Below are positions 1 to 9,466 of a stretch of DNA of 32,891 nucleotides, one piece after another (the stretch's first letter is position 1; each line of letters opens with the position of its first letter). The DNA comes from an uncultured Collinsella sp. (GTDB taxonomy: Bacteria > Actinomycetota > Coriobacteriia > Coriobacteriales > Coriobacteriaceae), in NCBI GenBank assembly GCA_900552425.1, contig URZR01000001.1:1-32891 (forward strand), given 5' to 3'. The notes below the pieces were generated by a model, which was given only the letters and a program-made list of their open reading frames with translations, was not told where the DNA came from and did no database searches. Both the position numbers and the translations under genes were made by a program.

Positions 1-669
1 CTGAGGCGCGGGCCCGCGTTCGACGAGACCGACGCGCTCGGGCGCAGGCGCGGCGCCCGGACGAGGGCGTTCTGGAGGTGGGCGGAGTCCTGCAGGCCGT
101 CCGACCCGGCCGCGGCGGCCGCCTTCGACCGCTACGTCGCCTGCGTGCGCTGCGCCGAGTCAGACAAGCGCGCCCTGGAGAAGAGGGTGCTCGCCGAGGC
201 CCGCGCCGACCGGTGGAGGGGCGCGGTCGAGGCGCTCCCGTGCATCAAGGGCATCGACGCCGTCACGGCGTTCTGCCTGGCCACCGAGGCGGGGTGCTCC
301 TCCGGGTTCCCCACCGCCGGCGCCTACGCCTCCTGGCTCGGCCTCGCGCCCTCCGAGCACTCGAGCGGCGAGAAGGAGGCCAAAGGCGGCATCGCCAAGA
401 CCGGGAACTCCGCCTCCAGGCGCGCCCTCGTCGAGGCGGCGTGGCACTTCAAGTCGTGCTCGCCGAAGCCCAAGGCGCCGCCGGCCGGCTCGGCCGTGCC
501 GGCGGCCGTGAAGCGGCGCTGCGACGACGCCGCCGCGCGCCTCCGCCGGAGGCACGAATCCCTCGGGGCGGCCGGCAAGCGGCCCTGCGTCGCCAACGTC
601 GCGGTCGCCCGCGAGCTCGCCTGCCGGGTCCGGGAGGTCGGCAGGCGCGCCGAGGGGGCGCTCGCGTAG
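1..669 (+). CDS. IS110-family (IS1111-like) transposase/recombinase, C-terminal part; 5' end lies outside the window
   Basis: Frame is open from base 1 to TAG at 667-669. Tnp-domain motifs IKGIDAVTA, YASWLGLAPSEHSSGEK, KTGN..RRALVEAAW and ANVAVARELA are present. Confidence 0.9.
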   Translation: MRRGPAFDETDALGRRRGARTRAFWRWAESCRPSDPAAAAAFDRYVACVRCAESDKRALEKRVLAEARADRWRGAVEALPCIKGIDAVTAFCLATEAGCSSGFPTAGAYASWLGLAPSEHSSGEKEAKGGIAKTGNSASRRALVEAAWHFKSCSPKPKAPPAGSAVPAAVKRRCDDAAARLRRRHESLGAAGKRPCVANVAVARELACRVREVGRRAEGALA

Positions 670-696
670 CTCCCCGGGGCCCACATAGCCTTCCCG

Positions 697-977
697 CCGG
701 GAGGGCCCGCGCTTCGACGCATCGCCGGGACCGGCTCACGACCCTTTTTATGGGCAGCCCGAGGGCCGCGCCCGACTATCGGGACTCCGAGGTTTTTCGA
801 AACGACGGTCCCGGACGCAGAATCGAAATGCGGTAGCGCGCGGCGACATACCTGAACCCGCATGCCGCGCCACGAGCCCGCGGATATTAGCTTGCCAGGC
901 GAGCGACGACTAACGAGCATCCGCGCGGGCCCGACCGGTCGGAATACGAGAAGGTCCGGAAAGAAATTTCCGGACCT
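697..977 (+). ncRNA. Putative IS110/IS1111 guide RNA (bridge/seek RNA) region
   Basis: Closing stem GGGCCCGCGC 703-712 pairs with GCGCGGGCCC 923-932. Internal stems at 780-785/808-813 and 838-844/864-870. An 11-bp GAAA-loop hairpin at 952-977. Lies 3' of the transposase. Confidence 0.55.
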
Positions 978-1013
978 GGCAGCTTTTGCCTCTTGACAAT
1001 GGCTTTCTCATAT

Positions 1014-1040
1014 TAAAAAGGGCACCCTTACGGATGCCCT
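1014..1040 (-). terminator. Intrinsic terminator of the tRNA-Ile/tRNA-Ala operon
   Basis: Minus strand reads AGGGCATCC-GTAA-GGGTGCCCT then a T run, just after the tRNA-Ala CCA end. Confidence 0.8.
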
Positions 1041-1051
1041 CATACATTCAA

Positions 1052-1127
1052 TGGTGGAGGTTAGGGGGATCGAACCCCTGACCTCAGGCTTGCAAAGCCC
1101 GCGCTCTCCCAGCTGAGCTAAACCCCC
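1052..1127 (-). tRNA. tRNA-Ala (UGC)
   Basis: GGGGGTTTAGCTCAGCTGGGAGAGC...TTTGCAA...GGTTCGATCC...CCACCA; 76-nt cloverleaf, anticodon TGC. Confidence 0.97.
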
Positions 1128-1138
1128 ACGGAGACAGT

Positions 1139-1183
1139 AATAAACACCCCAGCGGCGACTCGGCTCTCGCTGGGGTGTTTATT
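1139..1183. repeat. 16-bp perfect inverted repeat in the tRNA spacer
   Basis: AATAAACACCCCAGCG at 1139-1154 pairs with CGCTGGGGTGTTTATT at 1168-1183. Confidence 0.9.
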
Positions 1184-1194
1184 GCGAAAGAAAG

Positions 1195-1271
1195 TGGTGG
1201 ACCTGACAAGATTCGAACTTGTGACCTCCCGGTTATCAGCCGGACGCTCTAACCAACTGAGCTACAGGTCC
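1195..1271 (-). tRNA. tRNA-Ile (GAU)
   Basis: GGACCTGTAGCTCAGTTGGTTAGAGC...CTGATAA...GTTCGAAT...GGTCCACCA; 77 nt, anticodon GAT. Confidence 0.97.
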
Positions 1272-1285
1272 ATCGCGCAAGGGAT

Positions 1286-1315
1286 ATATTAGACGAGTCG
1301 TTACGCGCACGTCAA
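1286..1315 (-). promoter_or_regulatory. Sigma70-type promoter of the tRNA operon
   Basis: Minus strand TTGACG-N18-TAATAT, 14 nt upstream of tRNA-Ile. Confidence 0.6.
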
Positions 1316-1318
1316 CAA

Positions 1319-1502
1319 CTTTTTTGAAAATCTTTGAGAGGGGTGGTCGCCGGGCTGACGAGATGGTTTTGGTTTGCTGCTCGGACAGTCCTGCGCAAGA
1401 CGAAGGCCACATTAAGTGGCCTTCTTTGCGTGCGGAACTCGCGACAAACCAAAACCATCTCGTCAGCCCGGCGACCATGGGGTCCCAAGGTTTTCAAAAA
1501 AG
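1319..1502. repeat. Long nested palindrome, MITE/REP-like
   Basis: Perfect 33-bp arms 1344-1376/1445-1477, 12-bp outer arms 1319-1330/1491-1502, and a 9-bp inner stem 1402-1410/1416-1424. Confidence 0.9.
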
Positions 1503-1529
1503 CGGTCGGCGCGCAGGTGCGCCGACCGC
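1496..1529 (-). terminator. Intrinsic terminator of gyrA
   Basis: 11-bp stem GCGGTCGGCGC/GCGCCGACCGC (1502-1529) followed by TTTTTT on the minus strand. Confidence 0.8.
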
Positions 1530-1569
1530 CGATATATGGGGACTGATATTTTCTACCAGCTAGGGCCTC

Positions 1570-4311
1570 TTACTCGTCTAGGAGATCCTCTGGCATGTCG
1601 TTGCCGTCGCCTAGATCGACAGGGGTTTCTTCGGGGGCAGAGCCGTCTTCTGTGGCTTCGCCTTCGGGCTTCTCCTTGGCGGCCGTCATGCGGGCTACGG
1701 CGCAGATGCGGTCGTTGTCGTCGACGGTCATCATCTTGACGCCCTGGGTGGCGCGGCCGGTCTGGCTGATCTCGTCGGTCTTGACGCGAATGACCGTCGC
1801 GCCCTCCGTCACGATGAACAACTCGTGCTGCGGGCCCACCGTCTTCATGGCCGCGAGGTTGCCCTTACGCTCGGTCATTTGGATGGTGTAGACGCCCTGG
1901 CCGCCGCGATTCTGCTCCGGGTAGTCCGCGACCGGCGTGCGCTTGCCGTAGCCTCGCTCGGTGATGACGAATAAATCGCCGTTGCCGTTAGTGACTTCCA
2001 TGCCCAGAACGCTCACGCCGTCCTTCATACCGATACCGCGAACGCCGCTAGTATCGCGGCCGGTGGCGCGCACCTGCTCCTCGGAGAACATGATCGCCTT
2101 GCCCGCGGTGGTGGCCAGGATAATCTTGTCGCCCTCGCGCACGCGGCGCACGTTCAGCAGCGCGTCGTCGTCACGCAGGTTGATAGCGATCAGGCCGTCG
2201 CGGCGGCTGCGGTCATATGCGCTCATCACGGTCTTCTTGACCATGCCGCTCTTGGTGGCAAACATCAGGTACTCGTCGGCAGGGAACTCGCGGCAGCTGA
2301 TGACGCTCGCGATCTTCTCGCCCTCCTCGAAGGGCAGCAGGTTGACGATCGCGGTACCGCGCGCCTGGCGCGTACCCACCGGCAGCTCGTGCACCTTCAG
2401 GCGATAGACCTTACCCTTGCTCGAGAAGAACAGCACGTACTCGTGCGTGGACGCGATGAACATCTCGTCGATGACATCGTCCTCTTTGAGGTTGACGCCC
2501 GACACGCCCTTGCCGCCGCGCTTCTGGGCTCGGTAGGCGGCCACCGGGATGCGCTTGACATAGCCGGTGTGGGTGATGGTCACGACCATGTCCTCATCGG
2601 CAATGAGGTCCTCGACGTCCAGGTCCTTCTCGACATGGCTGATCTCGGTGCGGCGCTTATCGCCGAACTTCTTGGAGATCTCGCGCATCTCTTCCTTAAT
2701 GACGCCCAGGATCTTCTCCTCGTGCGCCAGCAGGTCCTCGTAGTAGGCGATGGCGCGGCGCAGGCCGTCCAGCTCTTCCTGGATCTTGTCGCGCTCCAGG
2801 CCGGTCAGGCGGCGCAGCTTCATCTCGAGGATGGCCGTGGTCTGCTCGGGCGTAAAGCCAAAGCGCTCGATCAGGCGGCTGCTGGCCTCGGAATCGGTCT
2901 GCGAGGAACGGATGATGCTGATGACCTCGTCAATATGGTCGAGAGCCATCAGGTAGCCCTCAAGGATATGCGCGCGGGCCCGGGCCTTCTTAAGGTCGAA
3001 GCGGGTGCGGCGGGTGACGACGTCGACCTGGTGGTCGATGTAGTGGGAGAGAATCTCGCGCAGCGACAGGCACTTGGGCACGCCGTTGACCAAGGCGAGG
3101 TTGTTCACGCCAAAGGTGTTCTGCAGCGAGGTGTACTTGTACAGGTTGTTGAGCACGACCTGCGGAATGACGCCCTTCTTGAGCTCGATGACCAGACGGA
3201 TGCCCTTCTGGTTGGACTCATCGCGCATGTCCGAGATGCCCTCGATGCGCTTGTCGTTGACGAGCTGGGCGATCTTCTCCTGCAGGGTGCCCTTGTTGAC
3301 CATGTAGGGAATCTCGGTAAAGACCAGGCGGCTGCGGCCGGTCTTGGTGGACTCCACGTGGGCCTTGGCGCGCACGGTAATGGAGCCGCGGCCGGTCTCG
3401 TAGCTCTGCTTAATACCGGCACTGCCCATGATGATGGCGCCGGTGGGGAAGTCCGGACCGGGCATGATCTGCATGAGCTCGTCGACAGTGGCGTCGGGAT
3501 TATCGATCAGGTAGCAGGTTGCCTCGATCGCCTCGGTGAGGTTATGCGGGGCGATATTGGTGGCCATGCCGACGGCGATGCCCTGGCTACCGTTGACCAG
3601 CAGGTTGGGGAAGCGCGCAGGCAGTGCCACGGGCTCGGCGAGCGATTCGTCGTAGTTGGGCTGCCAGTCGACGGTATCCTTCTGCAGGTCACGCAGCAGT
3701 TCCATGGCGGGCTTGGCCAGGCGGCTCTCGGTGTAACGCATGGCTGCCGCGCCGTCGCCGTCGATGTTGCCGAAGTTGCCGTGACCGTCGATGAGCGGCG
3801 TGCGCATGGAGAACCACTGCGCCAGGCGGACCATGGCCTCATAGACCGCGGAGTCGCCATGCGGGTGGTACTTACCGATAACTTCGCCGACCGTCCAGGC
3901 CGACTTCTTGTGCGGGCGGTTGGGGTAGATGCCGCTCTCGTTCATCGCGTACAGGATGCGGCGGTGCACCGGCTTTAAGCCATCGCGCACGTCCGGCAGG
4001 GCGCGCGCCGTGATGACCGACATCGAATACTCGATAAACGACTGCTTCATCTCGCGGCCAAACTCCGAAATCTGGAGCTGGCCGCCGTTGATATCCTCGC
4101 CGGCCGAGGCGCCACGATCGACTTCGCCAAAGCTCTCCTCGAGCTCACCGTCGTCGTCCTCTTCCTCGTCATCATCGGCATCGGGGTTATAGGCGTCAGG
4201 ATCACCGTCCTCGCCCTGCTCAGCGCGGGCAAGCAGGCGCTTCAGATCGTCGGGCATGCCGGCATCGCCGGCCTCGCCCATACCCTCGTTGTTGTTGATA
4301 TCGTCTGCCAC
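1570..4311 (-). CDS. gyrA: DNA gyrase subunit A
   Basis: [22 protein letters not shown], catalytic AAMRYT, GyrA-box QKRGGKG and beta-pinwheel repeats. GGAGG RBS before the GTG start. Confidence 0.98.
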   Translation of the reverse strand: MADDINNNEGMGEAGDAGMPDDLKRLLARAEQGEDGDPDAYNPDADDDEEEDDDGELEESFGEVDRGASAGEDINGGQLQISEFGREMKQSFIEYSMSVITARALPDVRDGLKPVHRRILYAMNESGIYPNRPHKKSAWTVGEVIGKYHPHGDSAVYEAMVRLAQWFSMRTPLIDGHGNFGNIDGDGAAAMRYTESRLAKPAMELLRDLQKDTVDWQPNYDESLAEPVALPARFPNLLVNGSQGIAVGMATNIAPHNLTEAIEATCYLIDNPDATVDELMQIMPGPDFPTGAIIMGSAGIKQSYETGRGSITVRAKAHVESTKTGRSRLVFTEIPYMVNKGTLQEKIAQLVNDKRIEGISDMRDESNQKGIRLVIELKKGVIPQVVLNNLYKYTSLQNTFGVNNLALVNGVPKCLSLREILSHYIDHQVDVVTRRTRFDLKKARARAHILEGYLMALDHIDEVISIIRSSQTDSEASSRLIERFGFTPEQTTAILEMKLRRLTGLERDKIQEELDGLRRAIAYYEDLLAHEEKILGVIKEEMREISKKFGDKRRTEISHVEKDLDVEDLIADEDMVVTITHTGYVKRIPVAAYRAQKRGGKGVSGVNLKEDDVIDEMFIASTHEYVLFFSSKGKVYRLKVHELPVGTRQARGTAIVNLLPFEEGEKIASVISCREFPADEYLMFATKSGMVKKTVMSAYDRSRRDGLIAINLRDDDALLNVRRVREGDKIILATTAGKAIMFSEEQVRATGRDTSGVRGIGMKDGVSVLGMEVTNGNGDLFVITERGYGKRTPVADYPEQNRGGQGVYTIQMTERKGNLAAMKTVGPQHELFIVTEGATVIRVKTDEISQTGRATQGVKMMTVDDNDRICAVARMTAAKEKPEGEATEDGSAPEETPVDLGDGNDMPEDLLDE

Positions 4312-4322
4312 GTTACCTCCTC

Positions 4323-6395
<2,073 letters not shown>

Positions 6396-6402
6396 TTATC
6401 GT

Positions 6403-6432
6403 AAAAAAATACCCTCGGGACCGAGGGTATTT
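6403..6432 (-). terminator. Intrinsic terminator between the dciA-like gene and gyrB
   Basis: AAATACCCTCGG/CCGAGGGTATTT inverted repeat (6407-6432) with a T run on the minus strand. Confidence 0.7.
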
Positions 6433-6458
6433 GGCTCTACAAGGCCACCAGATGCGAT

Positions 6459-7022
6459 TTAAGGCTCTTTTTTGCTTTGCACGCCCTTGGCCCACTCGGC
6501 ACTGGCTCTCATGGCATTCTCGAGGGCCTCGCGCAGTTTTTGGTCTTCGATGGGCGCCACCTGGCGCTCGATCTCGGTGCACTCGGCCTCACTTAGGTCG
6601 GCGTGCGGGGCCGGCGGTCGCTCGGTCGTCGCCGGGCGCAGGCGCTCCTTGGCGGCGGGCGGCGTGTGACCGGGCGCGGTGGTTTTGAACACCAGGCCGT
6701 CCACATGCGCACCGGCGCGCTCCATGCGCGCGCGGATGATCTCGCGCAACAACGTCATTTCCTGCGTCCACGAGGGCGAGTCGAGATACACCAGCAGCTC
6801 ATTGGACTCGGGCAGGTAGCGCAGTCCCGTCACATGCCGCCCCTCGCGCGTGCCCGAGCACACCGCGTTCCATGCGCGATAGACCGTGCGCGACTCCTCG
6901 GCGGCCTCCATCTGCGCACGGCGCTTAGGCGTTGCAGCCGCCAGGATGCGCTGGCGCTCTGCGTTCAAAAACCCGCTGAAGGCGACTGTCTCGCTCTCGC
7001 GCTCGTAATTAGCACGTCTCAC
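6459..7022 (-). CDS. DUF721/DciA-like protein (putative helicase loader)
   Basis: Conserved position between recF and gyrB. W...ELLVYLDSPSWTQEMTLLREII pattern of DUF721. Confidence 0.7.
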   Translation of the reverse strand: MRRANYERESETVAFSGFLNAERQRILAAATPKRRAQMEAAEESRTVYRAWNAVCSGTREGRHVTGLRYLPESNELLVYLDSPSWTQEMTLLREIIRARMERAGAHVDGLVFKTTAPGHTPPAAKERLRPATTERPPAPHADLSEAECTEIERQVAPIEDQKLREALENAMRASAEWAKGVQSKKEP

Positions 7023-8115
7023 CCATGCTCACCACCTTGGCTCGATCAAGCAGGTCATCGGTAAAGTACCCCAGGTTGGTCGTAGTTATGACCGTCTGGA
7101 TATCATCGCCGATCAGCCGCAGGAAAGCGCCGCGACGCTCGCCGTCGAGCTCGCTCATCACGTCGTCCAAAAGCAGCAGTGGGGCGGTGCCCAGGACATC
7201 GCGAGCCACGGCAACCTCGGCCACCTTCCAGGACAGCACCAGCGTGCGCTGCTGTCCTTGGCTGGCAAACGAACGGGCGGAGCGACCCGCCACGGTAAAC
7301 TCAATCTCGTCGCGATGCGGTCCCACCAGCGTCACGCCGCGGCGAATTTCCTCGTCGGCATGCTCGTCAAGGGCGGCCAGCATGCGCTCGTACGCCCAGC
7401 CCTTCAGCTCTTCGCGATCCTCGACCTGGGGCAAATCCCCCAGCGTGGACGCATAGGACACGTTGGCGGCCTCACCGGACGCCACTTGCCCGTAGGCAGC
7501 GCGCACATGGCCCGCCAGCCGGTCGAGTAGGGCCAACCGGTGCACGAGCAGGGCCGAGCCCGCGCGGGCAATCGAATCGTTCCACGCGCCGAGCATCTCG
7601 CGGCAGCACCAGGTCTCCTTGAGCAAGGCATTACGCTGGGTCACGCAACGCCCATAGGCGCTCGCAAGATCGGCATAGCGTGCGCTCAGTTGCATGCCAA
7701 AGTCATCGAGGGCGGCGCGGCGCACACTGGCGCCTCGCTTAACCATGTCCAGATGGTCGGGACAAAACAGCACGCTCGGCAGAACCCCGCGCACACCGGC
7801 GGCGGAGCATCTCTTGCCGTTGCGGCTAAACGAGCGCTTACCGTCCCCCGCGCTCAATCCCATATCAAGCACGCGGCCGTCGCCCTCGAGCCTCAGCTCG
7901 ACCTTGCACGAGCCCACGCCGTCATGGACGAGCTCGGCTGCGGTCGGATGCCTAAACGAGGCGCCGCTCGTCAGCAGCTGCAGCGCCTCTATGAGATTGG
8001 TCTTTCCCGCTGCGTTGGGTCCCGCAAGTATCGTCACGCCCTCGTCCAGGGCAAGGCGATAGCTATCGAAGCTGCGGTAGTGCGCGACGGAAAGATCGCG
8101 GGCGAACATGGTCAT
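7009..8115 (-). CDS. recF: DNA replication/repair protein RecF
   Basis: Walker A GPNAAGKTN, GPHRDE, ASQGQQRT, LLLDDVMSELD; synteny with dnaN. Confidence 0.96.
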   Translation of the reverse strand: MTMFARDLSVAHYRSFDSYRLALDEGVTILAGPNAAGKTNLIEALQLLTSGASFRHPTAAELVHDGVGSCKVELRLEGDGRVLDMGLSAGDGKRSFSRNGKRCSAAGVRGVLPSVLFCPDHLDMVKRGASVRRAALDDFGMQLSARYADLASAYGRCVTQRNALLKETWCCREMLGAWNDSIARAGSALLVHRLALLDRLAGHVRAAYGQVASGEAANVSYASTLGDLPQVEDREELKGWAYERMLAALDEHADEEIRRGVTLVGPHRDEIEFTVAGRSARSFASQGQQRTLVLSWKVAEVAVARDVLGTAPLLLLDDVMSELDGERRGAFLRLIGDDIQTVITTTNLGYFTDDLLDRAKVVSMGETC

Positions 8116-8124
8116 GGCGCAGCG

Positions 8125-9228
8125 CTAGATGCGGACCGGCATGACTAGGTACAGGTAGTTGATCTTGTCGTAGGACTTGAAGATGCCCGCCTGCGAGTAG
8201 CTCTTGAGCTCCAGCGTGATCTCCTTCTCCTTGGACAGGGCATTGAGGCAGCCGAAGATGTAGTGGTAGTTGAAGGCGATGGTACCCGACTCGCCCTCGG
8301 CCTCGACATCGATCGTCTCCTGCGCAAGGTCCTGGTCATTGGAAATGGAGGACAGGCCCATCTGCCCGTTCTCGACATCGATCTCGAACTTGACGGCGGG
8401 GTTGGCGCTCGCGATAACGGCCACGCGCTTGAGGGCGGCGTTAAAGGCGGCGACGTCGATCTTGACGCTCGTCACGCACGAATCGGGGATGAGCTGCTTG
8501 TAGTTGGGGTACACGCCCTCGATGCGGCGCGACACGTAGGTGGTGTTGCCGGCCTCGAAGACGACCTGGGTGTCGGTAGCCCCGATCATAATGGTCGCCT
8601 GGCTGGCCATGATGTTCAGCGCGTCGTTAAAGGCGTCGGCTGGAACGTTGAGCTCAAAGGAGCCCTCGAGGGTCGAGGTCTCGACCTGCGTATCGCACAC
8701 GGCCAAGCGGAAGGAATCGGTCGCCACCAGGCGTACGGTGTTGTTCTCGACCTTCATGTGCACGCCGCCCAGGATGGGGCGAGCCTTGTCGGTCGAGGTG
8801 ACGCGCCACACGCGGCCGACCATTTCGGACAAGACATCGGTCGGCAGCTCCACGGCACTCTCGATGGCATAGGCCGGAAACTCGGGGAAGTCATTGGCAT
8901 CGAGCGTGTTCAGCCTAAAAGAGCTCTTCTCGCAACCAATCAGTACCTGGCGCTCGGACAGCTCAAAGGTGACCGGGGCATCGGGGAGGGTCTTGGTGAT
9001 ATTGGAGAGCATCTTACAGGGGATAACCATCTCGCCCTCTTCTTCGACATGCGCCGCGATGCGATGACGGATCGAGATGGTGTAGTTAGAGGTCTGGAAT
9101 TCCAAGATGCCGTCTTGCGCCTTGACGAGCACGCCCGACAGGATGGGAAGGGTGGATGCCGAAGCGACACCCTTCATAACGACGCCGATGGCTTGTGTAA
9201 GCGAGCTCTGGCTGACGGTGAACTTCAT
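8125..9228 (-). CDS. dnaN: DNA polymerase III beta sliding clamp
   Basis: MKFTV start, LPILSG, VATDSFRLA, YPNY, C-terminal YLVMPVR; 367 aa, downstream of dnaA. Confidence 0.97.
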   Translation of the reverse strand: MKFTVSQSSLTQAIGVVMKGVASASTLPILSGVLVKAQDGILEFQTSNYTISIRHRIAAHVEEEGEMVIPCKMLSNITKTLPDAPVTFELSERQVLIGCEKSSFRLNTLDANDFPEFPAYAIESAVELPTDVLSEMVGRVWRVTSTDKARPILGGVHMKVENNTVRLVATDSFRLAVCDTQVETSTLEGSFELNVPADAFNDALNIMASQATIMIGATDTQVVFEAGNTTYVSRRIEGVYPNYKQLIPDSCVTSVKIDVAAFNAALKRVAVIASANPAVKFEIDVENGQMGLSSISNDQDLAQETIDVEAEGESGTIAFNYHYIFGCLNALSKEKEITLELKSYSQAGIFKSYDKINYLYLVMPVRI

Positions 9229-9466
9229 CTTTTAATACCTTTCTATAGATATAAATATCTTAATAATAGTAATAGCACTGACGAAACTGTTGATTACTCT
9301 CAAAGACGCAGGTCAGACCCAAAAAGAGAATCGACAGCAACCTGTGTGCAACGGGGGTGGTTTTCCACGTTCAAAACCTGCGCAAAACTTTTCATCACCG
9401 CGGGTTGGGTTTTAGACACCTTATGCCCGTGGTTTCGACAAGTTTTCAACAGGTGTCTCTATTTCC
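9229..9466. other. Replication origin oriC (unwinding region)
   Basis: dnaA-dnaN intergenic region. AT-rich tract, DnaA-trio-like TAATAATAGTAATAG (9261-9275), tandem box-like 9-mers at 9279-9296, and further box-like 9-mers GTTTCGACA 9432-9440 and TTTTCAACA 9443-9451. Confidence 0.85.

Larger units (their letters stand above)
1..1013 (+). mobile_element. IS110/IS1111-family insertion sequence, right part
   Basis: Transposase followed by ~340 nt of non-coding DNA ending TTGACAATGGCTTTCTCATAT (outward-reading -35 hexamer at 993-998 and a CATAT end), as seen in IS1111-type right ends. The exact end is inferred. Confidence 0.75.

Noticed and set aside
1052..1271. tRNA-Ile/tRNA-Ala pair as an rRNA spacer remnant
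   Set aside because: No rRNA sequence nearby; these tRNAs downstream of gyrA are a common arrangement in Actinomycetota.
1236..1739. Short ORFs with the same peptide on both strands (RRADEMVLVC)
   Set aside because: A by-product of the 33-bp palindrome; they overlap the tRNA, promoter and terminator.
3835..3870. Quinolone-resistance substitutions in gyrA
   Set aside because: [10 protein letters not shown] keeps the Ser and acidic residues at the usual positions.
2389..3978. 529-aa plus-strand ORF, and similar long ORFs at 8263-9483, 11426-12649, 18066-19292, 25206-26993 and 27000-28478
   Set aside because: They lie antisense to well-supported genes, show no motifs, and are expected from high-GC codon bias.
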